Origin: Coprothermobacterota bacterium
Lineage (GTDB): Bacteria; Coprothermobacterota; Coprothermobacteria; Coprothermobacterales; Coprothermobacteraceae
NCBI GenBank assembly: GCA_036679065.1
Contig: JAZIGN010000001.1
Coordinates: 64,001 to 128,000, forward strand
Reading direction: 5' to 3'
DNA length: 64,000 bases
Within the stretch, counting starts at the first letter, position 1. Every line of letters begins with the position of its first letter. Under the pieces are notes generated by a model. The model did not search any database. It had not been told where the DNA came from and worked only from the letters and a program-made list of their open reading frames with translations. The position numbers and the translations under genes are program-made. Positions 57,827 through 64,000 of this stretch are shown here, one piece after another.

Positions 57827-58356
57827 TACAAACAGCTTTTCCAAGTGAGATAGCTGGCATTTATGAACCTGGAAAACGACCAAGTTTTACGTGGTTCGCT
57901 TTGCAGGGTAGGACTTTGGAAACTTTGTGTGATGTTCAGATTCCAGAGGATCTTGACGCCGTAGCTGTAGCGGTGGGACCTGGTCGTTTTACTTCCACAC
58001 GTGTGGGAGTGGGGTTTGCCTTGGGGCTTGGCATGTCAATGGGGCTACCTCTAATGCCTTTGAACGTGTTCGATCTGATGGACAATAAAGGCGCAGAGGG
58101 TTGGTATTTGATCATGTCAAGAAAGAACGAGTACTACGCCAGCTACAGGGTTAATTTTCAAGAGCTTAGGCGAGAGGTCTTGAATGAAGTACCTCAAACA
58201 GACGTTGTGAGGGTCTTAGATCAGGGTCATCCACTCACTTCTGATGATGTGGAGCTGTTCATAGTGGAGCGCGGTCTTCCGGAGGGTGTGAGTTGGGATG
58301 CCCTCAGAGTGGAGTACATGAAAGAAGTGGCAGAGGAGTACAAATTGTGGAAATGA
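57799..58356 (+). CDS. tsaB: t6A biosynthesis protein TsaB
   Basis: LDAVAVAVGPGRFTSTRVG motif; located between tsaE and rimI. Confidence 0.85.
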   Translation: MDIIHKVLVIQTAFPSEIAGIYEPGKRPSFTWFALQGRTLETLCDVQIPEDLDAVAVAVGPGRFTSTRVGVGFALGLGMSMGLPLMPLNVFDLMDNKGAEGWYLIMSRKNEYYASYRVNFQELRREVLNEVPQTDVVRVLDQGHPLTSDDVELFIVERGLPEGVSWDALRVEYMKEVAEEYKLWK

Positions 58357-58823
58357 TCAAGTTTGAAGTTACAGAAGCCACAGAGGAAGACTTGGATGCC
58401 ATTTATGATGTGGATAGAAAAGCTTTTGAGTTCCCAATGAGCCGTAGCAGCATAGAAAGAGATCTTCGTGATAGGAGGCTTTCTAAGTACTTTGTAGCTC
58501 GCATTTCTCCTTACAACCAGGTGGTGGGGTATATCGGGCTTTGGTGCATTTTCCCCGAGGCACACATTGTTTCCATCGCTGTGGATCCGGATTATCAGGG
58601 TAAAGGTATTGGGAATAAGCTTTTGGAGCAGGCCATAAATTGGCTCATTGGTAGCGGATTCAAGCACGTGTTTCTGGAAGTGCGTGTTGATAACGAAGTT
58701 GCAATAAACCTTTACAATAAACACGGTTTCGAAAAAGTCAGCGTGAGAAAGAACTACTACCAAGACGGGTCAGATGCTTACGTCATGGTTAAGGACCTCA
58801 CCAGAAGAAAAGAAGAACAATGA
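58353..58823 (+). CDS. rimI: Ribosomal-protein-alanine N-acetyltransferase
   Basis: IAVDPDYQGKGIG, LEVR..N..AINLY and RKNYY motifs. ATGA overlap with tsaB. Confidence 0.9.
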   Translation: MIKFEVTEATEEDLDAIYDVDRKAFEFPMSRSSIERDLRDRRLSKYFVARISPYNQVVGYIGLWCIFPEAHIVSIAVDPDYQGKGIGNKLLEQAINWLIGSGFKHVFLEVRVDNEVAINLYNKHGFEKVSVRKNYYQDGSDAYVMVKDLTRRKEEQ

Positions 58824-58837
58824 GGAGTTAAATTACC

Positions 58838-59788
58838 ATGGATTACGAAATATTGGCTGTTGAGAGCAGTTGTGACGAAACTGCTGTGGCTTACCTTAAA
58901 GGTGACGAGGTTGAGCAGAGTAAGGTATTCTCGCAGATTGACTTGCATGAAGTGTTTGGCGGTGTACTCCCTGAGGCTGCTGCTCGTCGCCACCTGGAGG
59001 TACTGCCTCATTTACTAAGGGGCATCAGCAAACCAGATTTGGTGGCGGTGACTGCTGGGCCTGGGCTGTTGCCAGCCTTGCTCACTGGTGTTAGCGTGGC
59101 ACTTGGTTTGTCGAGGGGTTGGCAGATCCCACTCATGGGAGTGAACCACGTGGTGGCACACGTGGCAGCTGTAGCACTGGAACAAAATATCACATTACCC
59201 ATTTTAGGATTAGTGGTCTCTGGTGGCCATACGTCTTTTTACCTCATTGAAAGATGGTCTGATCCGAAGCTACTTGGATGGACTTATGACGATGCCGCGG
59301 GCGAGTGCCTGGACAAAGTAGGTAGGGCATTGGGTATGAAGTACCCGGCGGGTGCCGAAATTGATAGTCTGGCGTTGACAGTGAAAGAGCGGGTGACTAT
59401 GCCGTTACCACTTAAGAATGAAGATTCTTTTAATTTTTCCTTTTCTGGGCTGAAAACAGCTGCTTTGAAGTACAAGGGAAGGGTTCCCAATGAAGTGCTA
59501 GCTGCGTCCCTCATGGAAGCGGTGGTCAATCATCTGCTGGACCGCATAACAAAAGTGTTTGGAAAATACCCTTATCCACTTGTGGTGGGTGGGGGAGTAT
59601 CTGCATCGGAGTTCCTGCGTCAGCGATTGCGGGAACATTTTGGGGAACGGGTCATGTTTCCCAGTAAGCGGTTAAGCACGGACAACGCTGACATGATAGC
59701 TGCCTATGCAGGTTTACTACTTCACGAAGGTATTGTGCCCAGATTTTGTGTGACACCCGACCCGAACATGGAACTGGGATGGTGTTGA
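58838..59788 (+). CDS. tsaD: tRNA N6-adenosine threonylcarbamoyltransferase
   Basis: ESSCDETA, NHVVAH, VSGGHT, DDAAGE.DK, FSFSGLKT and TDNA motifs. Confidence 0.96.
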   Translation: MDYEILAVESSCDETAVAYLKGDEVEQSKVFSQIDLHEVFGGVLPEAAARRHLEVLPHLLRGISKPDLVAVTAGPGLLPALLTGVSVALGLSRGWQIPLMGVNHVVAHVAAVALEQNITLPILGLVVSGGHTSFYLIERWSDPKLLGWTYDDAAGECLDKVGRALGMKYPAGAEIDSLALTVKERVTMPLPLKNEDSFNFSFSGLKTAALKYKGRVPNEVLAASLMEAVVNHLLDRITKVFGKYPYPLVVGGGVSASEFLRQRLREHFGERVMFPSKRLSTDNADMIAAYAGLLLHEGIVPRFCVTPDPNMELGWC

Positions 59789-59820
59789 ATAACCTCCTGC
59801 AGCTGATGGTATATTATCAG

Positions 59821-59847
59821 TTAGCAAGTTCTTAACTAAATTGCTAG
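59821..59847 (+). promoter_or_regulatory. Degenerate CIRCE-like operator
   Basis: TTAGCAAGT-N9-AATTGCTAG, compared with consensus TTAGCACTC-N9-GAGTGCTAA. Lies between TGGTATATT and the groES RBS. Confidence 0.6.
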
Positions 59848-59858
59848 GAGGTGTCCTT

Positions 59859-60155
59859 ATGGAGATTAAACCTTTGGGCGACAGAGTGCTTCTGAAACCA
59901 ATGGAGGAAGAGGAAAAAACAAAGTCCGGTATTGTGATTCCTGACACTGCGAAGGAGAAACCACAAAAAGGAAAAGTCTTGGCAGTGGGCACTGGAAGAA
60001 CTCTGGACAATGGAACTAGGGTACCCTTAGAGGTTCAGGTTGGTGACATTGTTGTGTTCTCCAAGTACGCTGGTACCGAAGTAAAGGTTGATGGTGAAGA
60101 ATATCTCATTGTCTCTGAGAGAGATATTTTAGCCGTAGTCGGCCACGAAAACTAA
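59859..60155 (+). CDS. groES: Co-chaperonin GroES
   Basis: [22 protein letters not shown] and KYAGTEVK motifs. Confidence 0.97.
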   Translation: MEIKPLGDRVLLKPMEEEEKTKSGIVIPDTAKEKPQKGKVLAVGTGRTLDNGTRVPLEVQVGDIVVFSKYAGTEVKVDGEEYLIVSERDILAVVGHEN

Positions 60156-60169
60156 GGAGGGGTGATTGA

Positions 60170-61786
<1,617 letters not shown>

Positions 61787-61830
61787 TCGTGGCATGAAAC
61801 TCAGGCCTTAGGCCTAACTTGTTCGACAAT

Positions 61831-61876
61831 AAGGGGATCTCTTTGTAAATTAGGAAAGAGGTCCCCTTCGCTTTTT
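61831..61876 (+). terminator. Rho-independent terminator after groEL
   Basis: AAGGGGATCTCTTT...AAAGAGGTCCCCTT followed by CGCTTTTT. Confidence 0.8.
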
Positions 61877-61935
61877 TAAGGTTCTTGCTGTATAATTTAT
61901 GGAAAATAGTCCCAAGGGAAGGGAGTGTAAGTTGG

Positions 61936-62898
61936 ATGAATTACCTGATCAAGAGAATCTTGCAACTAATCCCGACGTTCATCATCGCCACAATGATCGC
62001 TTTTATACTGTTCTCATTGGTAGGCGACCCATTTGAAGGCATGCGTCAGGATCCTAGGTTGGCTTCTCAAGTGGAAAGACTGAGAAAGATCTATGGCTAT
62101 GATAAAGATCCCTTCACGCGTTATGTTCTTTGGTTGTACAACTTCTTCACGGGTGAATGGGGTTACTCTATCATGGCAAAAAGGTCGGTGTTCAGTGTAG
62201 TCACTGAGCGAATTCCCGTCTCCTTAGCACTTGGTATTGGACAAACGGTGCTTGCTACATTGTTTGGACTGCTGCTTGGCATCTACTCTGCTTTGCACTT
62301 GTACTCGACAGCAGACTATGTGGCAACAGCGTTAGTTTTCTTTGGTATGTCCATGCCGTCGTTCTTCTTTGGGGTGATAGCTTTGTTCTTCTTTGTCATT
62401 ACTTGGCCGCTCTTCAATGTTGGTTTGATGACGCCAGGCTTTCACCCAGAGGTAGCAACCTTATTCGAGAAAACCATTGAGTATGGTAGGCACCTCATGC
62501 TTCCTCTAATGTTACTTGTTATCTTGGGAATGGGAGGATTCGTACGTTACGCTCGTTCTTCCATGCTTGAAGTTCTTAACATGGACTACATTAGAACTGC
62601 TAGGGCAAAAGGTTTGCCTGAGTCAGTTGTAGTGAGGAAGCACGCACTAAGAAATGCCTTAATACCCATTGTTACACTGCTTGCACTGTCATTGCCTGGT
62701 ATTCTTGGATCTGCACCGATCACTGAAACCATATTCAGTATTAATGGCCTAGGAAAACTGTACATAGACGCCTTGGGTGCTAACGACCAAATGACATTAA
62801 TGGCGGACCTCGTATTAACTATTACATTGGTCATACTCGGAAATCTGTTAGCCGACATTCTATACTCCATAGTTGACCCAAGGGTCAGTTTGGAATGA
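61936..62898 (+). CDS. Oligopeptide/dipeptide ABC permease OppB/DppB
   Basis: YLIKRILQ, DYIRTARAKGL, KHALRNA and LYSIVDPRV motifs. Confidence 0.93.
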   Translation: MNYLIKRILQLIPTFIIATMIAFILFSLVGDPFEGMRQDPRLASQVERLRKIYGYDKDPFTRYVLWLYNFFTGEWGYSIMAKRSVFSVVTERIPVSLALGIGQTVLATLFGLLLGIYSALHLYSTADYVATALVFFGMSMPSFFFGVIALFFFVITWPLFNVGLMTPGFHPEVATLFEKTIEYGRHLMLPLMLLVILGMGGFVRYARSSMLEVLNMDYIRTARAKGLPESVVVRKHALRNALIPIVTLLALSLPGILGSAPITETIFSINGLGKLYIDALGANDQMTLMADLVLTITLVILGNLLADILYSIVDPRVSLE

Positions 62899-62911
62899 GG
62901 AGGCGTTAACG

Positions 62912-64000
62912 ATGTCAGATAAGGATCAAGAAAAGAAACTCAGCAGCAATACCAATAACAACAATGGGACAGATAATGATTACGAGGTAGCCCAAGAGAG
63001 TTACTCTTTCTGGGGCGCAGTTTGGCGCAGGTTCAAGCGTCATAAATTAGCCATTGTGGGTTTATGGATATTAGTCTTTGTGTTTATTTTCTCATTCATT
63101 GGACCAGTATTCTACACACTGGATCCATCTGAAAACATTTTTGAAGAAGATGTGGCTAACTTCTACATGTATAAGATAAATCAAGCAATTAAGAAAGATC
63201 CTGGGCTCAAAGAGTACCTTGGCACCATGCTAACGGATTTTGAACAGACCCTGGCGAGAGCAAATGATCTTAAAGCAAAGGCTGCAGCGGGGGACTATCA
63301 GGCTTTGAGTGAGCTCTCTTGGAGTAGGAGTGACTTGGCTGCTACTGGTATGCAGATAATTAGCATGGTAGCTACCTACACTGACAGTAACGGAAATCAA
63401 CCTTTCGCGTCCTATATGGATCTGACAAGATATCTGAGCCCACCAGGGTTGCCTGTGGGAGCACCTGGGCATCCCCTTGGCACGGATGACCAAGGAAGAG
63501 ACCTTTTGGCCAGGATCATGTTCGGTGGTAAGGTTTCGTTTGCTATTGGTATTGCATCGGCATTGATAGCAGTCATACTTGGTAGCTTAGTTGGTTTGGT
63601 TGCTGGCTATGTTGGGGGCATCGTTGATTCGCTGCTCATGAGATTTGTGGATATCATGCTTTCCATACCGACCATGCCACTGCTGCTAGCGTTGTCACCG
63701 CTTCTTAGGCGCTGGACAAAGAGTTTAACAGAAGGAATGGGGTTAGGTGTATTTGGTTCCATTCTACCGATGGTACTTGTACTTGCTCTATTTGGTTGGA
63801 TGAGCCTTTCCAGGTTAGTCAGAGCTCAAGTCCTTTCGCTGAAGGAACAGCAGTTTATTGAAGCTGCTCAAGCCATTGGCGTCCCCACAAGCAGGATCCT
63901 ATCGAGGCACTTGTTCCCCAACGTCATTGCTCCCGTGGTTGTTGCTGCATCACTTGCCGTTGCTGGTAACATTTTGTCAGAAGCTAGTTTGTCCTTCTTG
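62912..64000 (+). CDS. Oligopeptide ABC permease OppC/DppC (runs off the right edge; absent from the ORF track)
   Basis: ATG at 62912 follows GAGGAGG. WRRFKRHKLA, HPLGTDDQGRD, FIEAAQAIG and HLFPN motifs. Confidence 0.9.
   Translation, partial: MSDKDQEKKLSSNTNNNNGTDNDYEVAQESYSFWGAVWRRFKRHKLAIVGLWILVFVFIFSFIGPVFYTLDPSENIFEEDVANFYMYKINQAIKKDPGLKEYLGTMLTDFEQTLARANDLKAKAAAGDYQALSELSWSRSDLAATGMQIISMVATYTDSNGNQPFASYMDLTRYLSPPGLPVGAPGHPLGTDDQGRDLLARIMFGGKVSFAIGIASALIAVILGSLVGLVAGYVGGIVDSLLMRFVDIMLSIPTMPLLLALSPLLRRWTKSLTEGMGLGVFGSILPMVLVLALFGWMSLSRLVRAQVLSLKEQQFIEAAQAIGVPTSRILSRHLFPNVIAPVVVAASLAVAGNILSEASLSFL

Overview
Gene-dense bacterial chromosome segment of mid GC. The gene content gives the impression of a thermophilic anaerobe such as Coprothermobacter, but this is not verified. 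Most of the window is housekeeping: a Moco-related fragment, malic enzyme/OadB, a G1PDH-like pair, two degV, asnS, infC-rpmI-rplT-pheST-mutS2, panGBCD, rpsF-ssb-rpsR-yybS-rplI-dnaB-leuS-comEA-comEC, LCP, dciA-gyrB-gyrA-archease-rtcB-tsaEB-rimI-tsaD-groESL and oppBC. An accessory block at about 25.8-40.2 kb sits between the pan and rpsF operons. It carries a co-oriented NurA nuclease, HerA ATPase and Type III Mod/Res cassette with no mre11/rad50, followed by an acetamidase-like gene, an esterase and a PD-(D/E)xK/DUF5655-like nuclease. This cassette is the best candidate for an undescribed defence system. Other points of note are an AT-rich, apparently swapped target-recognition segment in mod, a GyrA-like subunit without a GyrA-box, a degenerate MoaC, an ATA-initiated infC behind an L20 leader, and recurrent low-complexity loop expansions. 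No tRNA, rRNA, CRISPR array, integrase or transposase was recognised. All family calls come from motif recognition by eye, not from database searches.
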